Assembly (NCBI GenBank): GCA_021325135.1
Contig: JAJPHT010000030.1
Span: 64,001-128,000, forward strand
DNA from: Pseudomonadota bacterium
GTDB taxonomy: Archaea > Thermoplasmatota > SW-10-69-26 > JACQPN01 > JAJPHT01
Direction: 5' to 3'
DNA length: 64,000 nt
Shown here: positions 46,801 to 58,800 of the stretch, in pieces
Numbering within the stretch: the first letter of the stretch is position 1
Layout: every line of letters begins with the position of its first letter
The notes under the pieces: model-generated
Databases searched by the model: none
Told to the model about the DNA's origin: nothing
Seen by the model: the letters and a program-made list of their open reading frames with translations, nothing else
Program-made: the position numbers and the translations under genes

Positions 46801-49800
46801 TCAGGCCGGCGTACACGTTGTAGTCGGTCGCCGCAGGCCCTTGCGAATTGGGCGTCCAAGAGAGTTGGATGCTTGGCGAGGAGCCGGAACCGGCCGCGTG
46901 GGCCAGGGTGGGCGCGATGGGGGCGGGGCCTGCCACGGGCATGACGCCTTGGGAGGGGCCGAGCGGCCCCTCGCCGGCCGTGTTGACGGCGCTGATCGCG
47001 AAATAGTACGACCCTCCGTTGGTCAGTCCGTTGGCGCGGAACGTGGTGTTGCTGCCGCCCGTGTCGCTCAGGTTGACCAGGAGGCCCGGGTTGGATCCGG
47101 CGTAGATCACGTAGTCGGTGGGCGCCGCGCCGCCCGTGCTCGCGTTCATGCTCCACGCGACATCGACGAAGCCGTTGCCCGGCGAGAGGGTGAGCGCGAC
47201 GGGCGCGCCCGGGGGCATGGCGTGGGGCATCGCCCAGAGGGGGCTCGTGGGCGGGCCTTCGCCCGCGCCGTTGAGCGCCGTCACTTCGAAGGCGTAGGTC
47301 TGGCGGTTCTGGAGGTTGTTGACGTCGTAGGAGGCGTTGAGGCCGCCCGTGGCGCCCACGAGGCTGTAGGTCGTGCCGTCCGTGCTCTTGTAGACGCGAT
47401 ACGTGGTGACGCTCTGGCCTGCCGTCGTGCCGTTCGCGGCCGCCTGGGGCGCGTAGGAGGGACCGAAGGGACCCACGCGGCTCTCGAGGAAGACGACGTG
47501 GTTGGATGCGTCGAAGAAGTACGTTCCTGGTGCGAGGCTGGAGAGGCTGCCCACGCTCGTCGGGGCGGGCTCGCCGTAGACTTGGGCCGTGGAGAGGGTG
47601 GTGAGCTTGGGGCTCACGGGGATGCGGTAGATGCCGTTGGCGGATTGCCAGGCGTTGGGGCCTCCGAAGGTCGCGCTGAGCGGGCCGGGGGTGAAGACGT
47701 TGGTCTCGCTGCTTCCGCTCTGCGAGCGTTGGACGCTCGTGCTGACGAGGTAGTTTGGAGACCACGTGACGCTGATGCCGTTGGTGGGCACGCTCAGCGC
47801 GAGGCCGCTGTCGCCGATCCATTCCAGGGTGGCCGTCAGCGTCCGGGGCGTTCCGGGCAAGTTTCCCACCTGCTTGCTGAACATGGGATTGAACCACTGG
47901 CCATTGATGTTCATGTCGAGTTGACAGAAGAGGCACCCGTTCGTGTTGAACACGACGGGCGTGACTTGGTAGGAGTTCGCGTCGTTTGGCGTCGTGAGCG
48001 GGTTGCTGGTGAGGTAGGCGTCGGGCGCGTACGTGCTGCTCCAGAGGTTGAGGTAGAACCCCGTGTTGCCGTCCTTGGTCCAGCCGCACGTGTTGTCCGC
48101 GCAGGGGTGCGTGATCACGTAGTAGTTGGCCCACGTGGCGGCACCTCCCGTGGTGTCGGTGCCGTAGGTGCAGGTCGCCGTGTTGGTGCCTCCGATCTTG
48201 AGCGCGTACGTGTTCGCGGAGCTCAGCGTGGGCGGGGGGTCGAAGACGAGGGATGCAAAGCCGTCGGACTGGAGCGTGAGGGGCGAGCTGGTGGCGATGG
48301 GCGTGGTGGGCTGGCCGCTCGAATCGGTCGCGTAGAGCGTCCACGCGCCTTGAGTCAGGCCGGCGCAGCCGGTGATGCTCAAGTCGATGCGGTCCACGCG
48401 GCTGGTCGTGGTGACTTTGAAGCCGGCGTACCGCGCGTTGAGGCCGTTGGGGCCCGCGTAGCTGGTCGGCAGCGTCTGGGCTGGACCGGGGGCACGCACG
48501 TCGGTGGAGGGGATGCTGGGGGGCCACCATTTGCTCGCAGCTTGGTTGATCGTGGTGTCGTGTAGGCTGACGAGGAGGCCGCAGTATTGGCCCACGTCGT
48601 TCATGAGGCCCGTGGTGGGATCTTTGGAGACGCAATGCCCAGCGAGGTTCGCTGTTCCCCCGCTCAAGCTGTCCATGAGGCTCACCTTCTCGTTGGCGCA
48701 CATGCGCGCCGAGGGCAGCAAGCGCAGCGCGTAGGTCACTCCGGGGTTGAGCGGGACGGCTCGGGTGAAGGTGGCTGGGAGCCCCCATGGGCTGTGGGTT
48801 CCCACGATCCAGGGCGTGATGGCGTCCGAGGCGCTGTCCGCGAGCATCGTGGTGCCCTGCCAGAGTTGGATCTCGAACCACTCCGTCTGCGAGCAGGCGG
48901 GGGTGAATTGGAGTTCGAAGCTGGCCTGGTAGAGGAAGCCGGAGGTGGGCACGGTGAAGGATTGCTGGAGGTAGGTGCTAGGGATGCTGGCGAGGCCGGT
49001 CTCGATGTTCTGCGCCGTCTGGAGGGTCGTGGCTTGGCTCGCCGGTTCCCACGTGAAGGCTGCGGCGTTTTGGTCGGGCGCGAGGGAGTCGCGCACGCTG
49101 GCTGCGTCGGTCGTGCTCGTGGTCGTGGCGCCCACGGGAGGATCCCAGGTGAGGTTGATCGTGCCGCTTCCCGGGACGGCGCGCAGGTTGCCCGGCGCGG
49201 CAGGGGGTGAGCCTTGGCCCGCCACAAGGGGCACGAAGAGGAGCACGACCATGACGCCCATCGCGAGTCCCAGGAGGCACGTGGCGAAGGGGCGCGCGGG
49301 GGCGCGCTGGCAGGGTCCCCGGGAGGGCTTCGCCGTGCGTGGGCGCGCCAGCAAGGCTGCGAGGGCGACGACGAGGAGGGCGCCGGGAGCAGACGGGCCC
49401 GGGATGAGGAAGGGGCGCTTGAAGACGCCTTGGGCGACTTCCTGGGTGCTCGTGGGCGGCGTGACGATGGGCCTCTCGGGGGCGTGGTACGTCACAATGA
49501 TCCAGTTGTGCTGGGGGGCCGCGGGGTCGGTCTCTTGGTTGCCCACGGCGTCCGTGCTCGTGCTCTTGAACTCGTACGCGACGCCGTCCAGCGCGTTGGT
49601 CCACGCGGCGCTGCCCTGCCTGGAGGCGTTGGCCACGAGGAGGGTCCAGTCGCCCAGGCCCACGGGGCGGCCCCAGACGGTGACGCCCGTGACGAGGTTC
49701 TGGGTGTCGAAGGCGCTCCAGCCCACGATGATGGTGTTGGGCGCCTCGAGGCTGACGCTGGCGTAGAGGACGCTGGTGGGCGCCGTGGTGTCGTTCGTCG

Positions 49801-52800
49801 TGAGACCGGGGATGTAGAGCCGGACGCTGCGGGTCAGGTTCTCGTTGATCGCGGCCAAGGCGTCCTGGATGTCCTGCGTCGTGTTCTGCCCCAGGGCCGC
49901 CTGGACCTCTCCCAGCGTCGCCTCCAGGCGCAGCCCCGTGGCGTCCATCCGGTCGATCAGGCGCGTCGTGTTGCTCGCCACGTCCCCGCGCAGCGCGGCC
50001 AAGGCAAGGGCTTCATCTTGGCCGAATTGGGCTTGTTGGGCGAGGATGCTCTGAATCGTGTCGGCGATGGTCGCATTGCCCAGGCTTCCGACGCGCTGGG
50101 AGAGGAGGGCCAAGGCGTCCAGCGTCGTGCTCACGTTCTGGCCCACAGAGGATTCGACGTCCTGCGCGGTGCGCAGGAGGGCATCCGCCAGGCTCGTGTT
50201 GACAAGGCGGAGGCTGGCGCTCAGGTTGAGCGTGGCGTTGATGACGTCGTCCTGGCGGGTGCGCGCGTCGCCCAAGAGCGCGGCCTCCGCGCTCAAGACA
50301 GTCGCCACGGCGGTCTGGTTCTGGGATTCGATGCTGGCGAGGATGTCGAGGGTGTGGTTCACGATCTGGTCGCTACGGGCGTTGAGCTGGGCCAGCACGG
50401 CGACCTCTTGGGCGGTGAGGTGTTGCGTGATGCTGGTCGCGTTGGTCTCCAATCCGTCGAGGATGTCGAGCTCCCGCTGGTAGACGGCGTCACTGCGGTT
50501 GTCCACCTGGGCCAGGATGGTCAAGGCGGCGAGCGTCACGCTCTGGTTGAGGCTCGCGGTGCCGAGGGTCAGGTTGGCGAGGATCGTCGTGCTGCGGTTC
50601 GCCAGGTCGTCGCTGCGGGCATCGACGCGCGCCAGGACGGTGAAGGCCGTGGTCGTGAGGGCCTCGTTGGTCTGGGTCGCGTTGGCCGCGATGCTTGCCA
50701 GGATGGCCTCTTGGCGCGCGACGAGGTCGTCGCTGCGGTTGTCCACCGCGGCCAAGATGCTCAAGGCGCGCTCTGCAAGGTCCTGGCTGAGCGTGGCGTT
50801 GACGCCCGTGAGGGTGTCCAGGAGGTGGAGAGTCTGGTTGACGAGGGCGTCGTCGCGCTGGTTCACCACGGTGAGGACTTGGAGCGTCTGGGCGCTCAGT
50901 GTGCTCGTTGTGGCGCTGGCGTTCAGGGCAATGCTCTGAAGAATTTGGTCCTCCCGCGCCTGGGCCTGGCTCGACTGGTTGGCGAGACTGCCCAGGACGT
51001 CCAGTTCGAGGCCCACGAGGGACTGGTTCTGCTGGGCCTGGTTGGTGCTCAGGGCGGAGAGGATCGCCGTGGTTTGGTTGAAGGCCGCGTCTTCCTGGCC
51101 CGCCAGGCTGGCGAGGATGCTGAGGGCTGTGGCATGGAGTGAGTCATTCAAGCCCTGGCGGGCGTTGGTGAGGTTCTCCAGGAGGCTTGTGCTGCGGAGG
51201 GCCAAGTCGTCCGAGCGCGCGGAGATGGTGGCCAGGATGCTCACGGCGTTCGCTTGGAGGCTCGCGTTGAGCGTCGTGTTGGTGGAGGCCAGGTTGGCGA
51301 GGATCGCCTCGGTGCGGGCGACAAGGTCGTCGCTGCGGTTCGACACGGCCCCCAGGATCAGGAGTCCTTGGGCCGCGAGGCCGGCGTTGAGGGTCGCGTT
51401 TTGCGCGGTGAGATTGCTCAAGAGCGTGGTCGTGCGCAGGACCAGGTCGTCGCTGCGGGCGTTGAGCTGGCCCAGGATCAGGGTCGCGTTGGAGGCGACG
51501 CTCGTGCTCACCCCCGTCAGGTTCGAGAGGAGCAGCGCCTCTTGGCCTACGACCTGGTCGCTGCGCGCGTTCACTTGAGCCAAGAGCGTCGTGAAGTTGT
51601 CGCGGAGGCTCTCGTTCAATCCGCCTTGGTTCGTGACGAGGAGGTTGAGCAGCGTCGTGGTCCGAAGCACCAGGTCGTCGCTGCGCGTCGTCACGTTGCC
51701 CAGGATCAAGAGCAGGTTGGACTCTGCTTGCTGGCTCAGGTTCGACTGGGCGCTTGTGATGTTGGCCAGGACGAGGAGGGTCTGGTTGTAGACAGCGTCG
51801 CTGCGCGCGTCCACGTGGCCGAGCACCTGGGTGGTCTCGTTGAGGAGCTGGGCTGTCAGGTTTCCTTGGAGTGTGGTCACGTTGGCGAGGACCCAGAGGG
51901 TCTGGTTGAGCGCGTCCTGCCCCCGGGCGTCCACGTCGCCGAGTACCTCTTGGAGGCGGGTCTGGAGGCTCTGGTTGAGGCTCGTGAGGTTGTTCAGGAT
52001 TGTCGTGTTGGTGAAAGAGAGGTTCGCCTGGACCTGGGCGAAGCTCGTGTTGATCTGCGCCTGGTTAAAGTCGATTTTCCCCGAGAGGATCGTAATGCTC
52101 GTCCCCAAGGACGAGTTCGTGTTGTTGAGCGTGGCCCAGACGAGGTTGACCTGCTGCTGCGCCGAGAGGTTCGAGTTGGAAATCTGGGCGCTCAAGGCGT
52201 TGACCTGGGACTGGAGGCTCGCGTTGAGGTTCGACACCTGGAGCGTGACGCCCTGGAATTGCGTCCCCACGCTCGCGTTCATGTTGCTGATGTTCACGAG
52301 CAGGCTCGACGATTGGTTCGTGACGTTGGTCTCCTCGTTGTGGATCTGGAGGGACTGGAGCGCAAACTGGGTCGAGACGTTCGTGTTGGCGTTGTCGATC
52401 TTCGATCCCAAAAGGAGAGTCTGCGTCTGGAGGGTCGCGTTGGTGTTGTTCACGCCGAACCAGACCTGGTTGACTTGCGAGGTGATGTTCGCCTCCTCGT
52501 TGCGCACGAGGAGCGAGAGAGAATTGTACTGGTTCGAGACGTTGGTGTTTTGGTTGACGATCTGGCCCATGATGGCGTTGGCTTGGCTGGCCACCGAGGC
52601 GTTCGTGTTCTGCACCTGGCTCGTCACCGTGGAGAGCTGTGAGCCCAGGCTCGCGTTGGTGTTGTTCACCACGAGGCCCACGTAGCTGACCTGGGCCGTG
52701 ATGTTCGCGTTGCCTTGGGCGAGGCTGACTTGCACGCTGTTGAGTTGGGTGCCCACGCTGGCGTTCGTCTGGTTGAGCAGGCTCGTCACGTAGTTCGTCT

Positions 52801-55800
52801 GCGCCGAGAGGTTCAGGTTCGTGTTGACGACTTGGCCGACCAGCCCGTTGTACTGCGATCCGACGGTGGCATTCAGCGTGGAGAGGTTCGCGCTCACCAG
52901 GTTGACTTGGGCCGACACGTTGGTCTCGACGTTGGCGACGTGCGCCTGCAGGAGGTTGACCTGCGACTGGAGGCTGGTGTTGAGGTTGGAGAGATTCACG
53001 AGAACCGTGTTGGTCTGGCTCGAAAGGTTCCCGTTGAGGTTCATGACTTGGGACTGGAGCAGGTTCAACTGCGTCGTCCCTGAGAGGTTCGCGTTCGAGA
53101 CGGCTTGGCTAAGGAGGTTGTACTGCAGCCCGATGCCCGCGCTCGCCCCCAAGTACAAGGCGAGGGCTTCCGAGTCGGTGATGGGGCGCCGGTAGACGTG
53201 CAGCTCGTCGAGGGTGCCATGGAAGCCGGCCTGGTGTCCGCCCACCGGGTCCGGGTTGGTGGCCTCGCCGCCGCTGCGCGCAAAGCTGGCCGTGATCACG
53301 CCGAGGGTGACGAGGCTCAACGTGCTCGTGCCGGCCGGGGCGCCGTCGATCCAGAAGCTGGCGCCGCGCGTTGCGTTGTTGTACGAGGCGGCGACGTGGT
53401 GCCACTCGTTCGGGGCCAAGCCGCGCGAGGCCCACGCGGTCTCGTTGCGCGTCCCATCGGCCATCGTGAAGGCGGGCGTGTAGTTTCCGGGCCCCAGGCC
53501 GAACCAGTACCCCGCGGGCGCGTTCTTGCCCTTCGCCATGGTTGTGAAGATCGTCTCGCCCAAGGAGCCGCTTCCTGTGGGCAAGACCCACGCGCTGAGC
53601 GTCTTGTTGGAGAGGCCCGTGAAGTCGGAGGCGGGCGCGTAGTCGAGCGTGTCGTTGACGCCGTTGAAGAGCAGGCCGGTTCCGTAGCGGCCCTGGACCC
53701 AGGTGGGCGCGCCCCAGCTCACGGTGCCGTGGCGCCCGTTCGCGGTCGTGTCGTAGGCGGTCGTGCCTGTTCCTTCGTCGTAGGCGTACTTGGCGACCGT
53801 GTCGGTGGGGGCGAGGGGGTCGTTGGCGTTGGCGAACTGGTTGATGACGCGGGCCAGGAGCGTGTTTTCCTGCTGCGAGAGGCTCGCGTTGCTGTTGAGG
53901 ACCTCTGTCAGGATCGCATTTGTCTGGTTGACCATGGTCGCATTCGCCGCGACGATTTGGAGGCTCACGGCGTTGGTCTGGTTCTGGAGCGAGGCGTTGG
54001 TGCTCGCAATCTGGGCCGAGAGCAGGTTCGATTGGTTCAGGACCGTCCCGTTGAGCGTCGAGAGTGTCGTGACGAGGACGTTGTATTGGGTCGAGACGTT
54101 CGTGTTCTCGCTCACGATCTGCGCGCTCACCACGTTCGTGACGTTGGTGAGATTCGCCTCCGTCGTCCGGATCTCCCCATAGAGGAGGTTCGATTGGTTC
54201 ACCAGCGTTGCGTTGCTCATGGCGATTTGCGCCGCGAGGGCGTTGGTCTGGTTGAGCAGGGTGAGGTTCTCGCTTGTGATCGCCGCGCTCAAGGCGTTGT
54301 ACTGCAAGGACAGGTTCGCATTTTGGCTGACGAGCTGGGCCTGGAGGGTGTTGGTTTGGTTCTGGAGGCTTGCGTTCGTCGTGCTGATCAAGGCCGAGAG
54401 CTGGCTCGATTGGTTCACGACCGTGGCGTTGGTCGTCGCCACGCTCGAGAGGACCACGTTGAACTGGCTCGTGATGTTGGCGCCTTGGCTGACGATCTGG
54501 CCCTCGACGTAGTTGGACTGGTTGGTGAGATTCGACTCCGAGACCCGCACCTGCCCCAGGACGAGGTTCGTCTGGTTGCCCACCGTCGCGTTCACGCTGC
54601 TCAGGCTCGACAAAATGAGGTTCGTCTGGTTCTGGATCGACGTGTTGCTCGTCTGGATTGCCGCGCTGATGGCGTTGAACTGCGCGGAGAGGTTGGTGTT
54701 CGTCGAACTGATGCTCGCCTCGATCTGGTTCGATTGGTTGGCCAGGCTGAGATTCACGTTGCTCACCTGGGCGCTCAACGCATTCGCCTGCGACGATACC
54801 GAAGCGTTCAGCGTCGTGATGTTCGAGAGCACGAGGTTGAACTGCGTCGAGACGTTCGCGTTCTCGCTGACAACCTGACCAGCCAGGAGATTGGACTGGC
54901 TGGAGAGGTTCGCCTCGGTGGTCCGGATTGTTCCGGTCACCAGATTCGTCTGGTTCGTGGCGTTGAGGTTCGCCGAGAGAATCTGGGCACTGAGAAGGCT
55001 CGTTTGGTTGAGCAGCGTGAGGTTTTCGCTTGTGATGCTCGCGGCAAGCACGTTGTACTGCGCGCTCAGGTTCACGTTCGTGCTGGCGATTTGAGCCGAC
55101 AAGCTGCTCGTTTGCGCTTGGAGGGACGAGTTGAGCGTCGTGATGTTGGCCTGCAACGTGCTCGACTGGTTCTGGATCGAGGCGTTCGCGCTCGCCACGC
55201 TGGCCAGAATGAGGTTGAACTGGCTCGACACGTTGGCGTTCTCGCTGACGATCGCGCCGCTCAGGAAGTTCGACTGGTTGGTCAGGTTCGCCTCGCTCGT
55301 GCGAATCTGGCCCAGAACGAAGTTGGTCTGGTTGCCCACCGTGCTGTTGCTGGCCGCGATCTGCGAGAGTATCGCATTCGTCTGGTTGACGAGGGTGGCG
55401 TTGCCGCTCAAGACGCTGGCCACGAGGCTGTTGTACTGCGCCGTGACGTTCGCGTTCTGCGTGACGATCTGGGCCTCAATCGTCGTGGTCTGGTTGCCCA
55501 ATGAGGCGTTGGTGCTCGCCACGCTGGCCTGGATGGCGAGGGTCTGGTTCGTGATGGCGGACTGCGCATTCTGCACGAGCGTGTTCGTCGCGGCGAACTG
55601 TTGGACGACGCTTGTGTTGAGATTGACGACCTGGGAGCTGACGAGGCTCGTCTGCGTCTGTACGCTCGAGTTGGTGTTGTTGACCGTGAACCATATGAGG
55701 TTCGCTTGGCTCGACAGGTTCGCCTCCTCGTTGTGCACCACGAGGCTGAGGCTGTTGAACTGGTTCGACACGTTGGCGTTCTGGTTCTGGATTTGCGCGA

Positions 55801-58800
55801 GGATCTGGTTGGCCTGCGTGACCACCGTCGCGTTGGCGTTGTTCACCGCCCCCAGGACCGTCGAGACTTGGCTCTGGAGGCTCGCGTTGGAGTTGTTGAC
55901 GAGGAAATCGACGTAGTTGAGCTGCGCGCCGAGGCTGGCGTTCTGGTTTGCGATGCTCACCTGGACGGCATTCAGTTGCCCAGCGAGGGAGGCGTTGGTG
56001 TTGTTCACCAGCGCGCCCACGATGTTCGTCTGGGCCGAGAGGTTGGCGTTGGTGTTTTGGACCTGGGCGGTGAGGCTGTTGTACTGGTTGAGGACCGAGG
56101 AATTCAGGTTCGAGACGTTCGCGCTGAAGGCCGAGATCTGCGTGGTGAGGTTCGTTTCGGTGTTGGTGACGTGGGCCTGGAGGAGGTTGGCCTGCGTCGA
56201 GAGGTTGGCGTTCAGGTTCGAGAGGTTGACCAGGACCGTGTTGGTTTGGGCGGTGAGGTTGGACTCCGAAGTCCGAATCTGGGACTGGACGAGGTTCACC
56301 TGCGTCTGGATGCTCGCATTGGACGTCGCGATGCTCTGGCTGAGGAGGTTGACCTGGTTGAGCAGGCCGGGGCTGACGCCGACTGCGTCAGCCTGCATCT
56401 CGGTCGGGTTGAGGCTGCGGTCCCAGACCTTGGCCTCGTCGATCATGCCGTGCCAGCCGAAGATGGGGGCGCAGCAGGCCAGATCCCCCACCGTGAGGCC
56501 GTGCTGGCCGAAGTACGTCTCGTTGGGCGGCGCCATGGGCCGGGGCGCGCTGGGAGCCAGGCTTTGGGCGTCTTGGGCGCCGTTGAGGTAGAGCCGGAGG
56601 CTGGACTGGTCGTAGACCAGGCCGACGTGGTACCACGCGCCGGGCTGGAGTGGGGTCGCGCCTGTGGCCGTGAGCGTCGTGGTGTTGTCGAGCCAGACTC
56701 GACCCTGTAGTTTTGGCGTGCCCCCGGCGACGTAGAGGCTGAACCCGCCCCAGGCCCCGCTTGAGCACGTGCAGTCCCGGTCGTTGCCCAGGACGTACCA
56801 CGCGGAGCTGCCCAGGCTCTGGGTCCAGTTGTCAAAGTCGGCCGCGTAGATCCAGGCGCTGGCGCTGAGGCTCCCGCTGTTCAGGGTGAGGTTGCTGGGC
56901 GATTGGGCGTACTGGCTGATCCCGTGCTGGCTGATCGCGCGCCAGGCGACGTCCTGGGGGCCTTCGGCGAAGTTGTAGGCGCGGATCTCGTCGAGCCGGC
57001 CGATCCAGCCCGCCTTGTTGCCCCCCTGCGTTTCGGGCAGGACGGCCTCCCCGCCCAAGAGCGCCCGCCCGCCCACGCCCGGCGCCAGGCCAAGGGTGCC
57101 CGTGGCAATGGGCGACCCGTTCACGTATAGGGTGGCGGTGTTGGTGGCCTGGGCGTAGACGGCCACGGCCTGCTCCCAGGTGTTGAGGGGGAGAGACGCG
57201 CTGGCGGTGACGTTGGACTCGGCGCCCGAGCCGTCGCTGGTCACGAAGCTGAGCCGGCCGGCGGCGTCGAGGCCGAACCAGTAGCCGGGGCTCGTGCCGT
57301 CAGGGTAGTTCTTCGTCGTGAGGATCGTGGCGCCGTTCCGGTCGAGCCCCTGGGGGTAGATCCACGCCTCCAGCGTCCGGTCGCCCGTGAGGCCCGAGGT
57401 GAAGGGCGCGGTGGGGAGGATGACCTCGTCGTTGGCGCCATCGAAGGTGGCGGCGTAGCCGTACTTGCCGTGGACGTGGCTCATGTTCGCTTGCGGGTTG
57501 TACGACCCGTCGCGTCCCAGTTGAGTGCTGTCGTTGGCCGCGCCACCGTAGTGCTCGTCCAGCCGGTACCACGCAACGAGGCCCGTCGTGTTCACGTTGG
57601 GCGCGAGGGGCTGGAGATCGAGCGAGCTGCCCACCCGGCCGCCCGCGACCTCGACGGCGCCCCCCTTGAGGATCAAGTCGTGACCCTTGCCGCTCTGGTC
57701 CTTGGCCAGCGTGTTGTTCGAGAGGTCGTCGAAGGGTGCGTAGAGCGCCGCGCTCCCGTCGATGCCGCGCTGGATGGCGAATTCGTTGAAGATCCGCGCC
57801 AGGATGAGGTTCGTCTGGTTCGCGATCGTCGCATTCGAGTTGACGATGCTCACCAGCAGCGAGTTCGTCTGGTTGAGCATCGTGCTGTTCTGGCTGCTGA
57901 TGTTCAGGAGGATCGTGTTGGCCTGCGAGGTGAGGTTCGTCTCCTCTTGTGAAATACGTCCCGAGAGGAGATTAGTCTGGTTGACCACCGTGCCGTTGAC
58001 GACGCTGAGGTTCGACAGGACGAGGTTGAACTGGGTGGAGACGTTCGCGTTCTCGCTGACGATCTGCCCGGCGACGAGGTTGGTCTGGTTCGTGATGTTG
58101 CCTTCCGTCGAGCGGATCGTCGCTGAGATGAGGTTCGATTGGTTCGTCGCGTTGAGGTTCACGCTGGCCAGTTGCGCCATGAGCAGGTTGGTTTGATTGA
58201 CCACCGTGGCGTTGCTGCTCGTCTGCGCCGCCACGAGGGTGTTGTACTGCGCGCTGAGGTTGAGGTTCTCAGCCACGATCTGCGCCTGGATCGCGTTGGT
58301 CTGGTTCACGCTCGTGCTGTTGGCGCTGGAGATCTGGGCGCTCACTTGGCTGGTTTGGCTTGTGAGATTTGTCTCGGTGTTGCGTACCTCGCCGTAGATG
58401 AGGTTGAACTGGCTCGTCGTGCTCGTGTTGGCGTTCACGATGAGCGCTGAGACGAGATTTGCCTGGCTGACCACCGTGCTGTTGGTGTTGTTGACGCTTG
58501 CCCAGAGGGCGAAGGTCTGGTTCGTGATGTTCGTCTCAGTGTTGTGCAGGCCGAAGCTGAGGGTGTTGAACTGCGTCGTCACGTTCCCGTTCGTCGTCGC
58601 GATGTCGCCCCTGATCAGGTTCGCCTGGGTGCCAATCGAGAGGTTGGTGTTGTTCACCGCGCCCCAGACTATGTTGACCTGGTTCTGGATCGAGGCGTTG
58701 GTGTTCACGAGCGTCGTGGCCACGCTGGTCACTTGCGCCTGGAGACTCGCGTTGACGTTGCTGAGGTTCGTGTTGACGACGTTGATCTGGCCGGTGAGCG

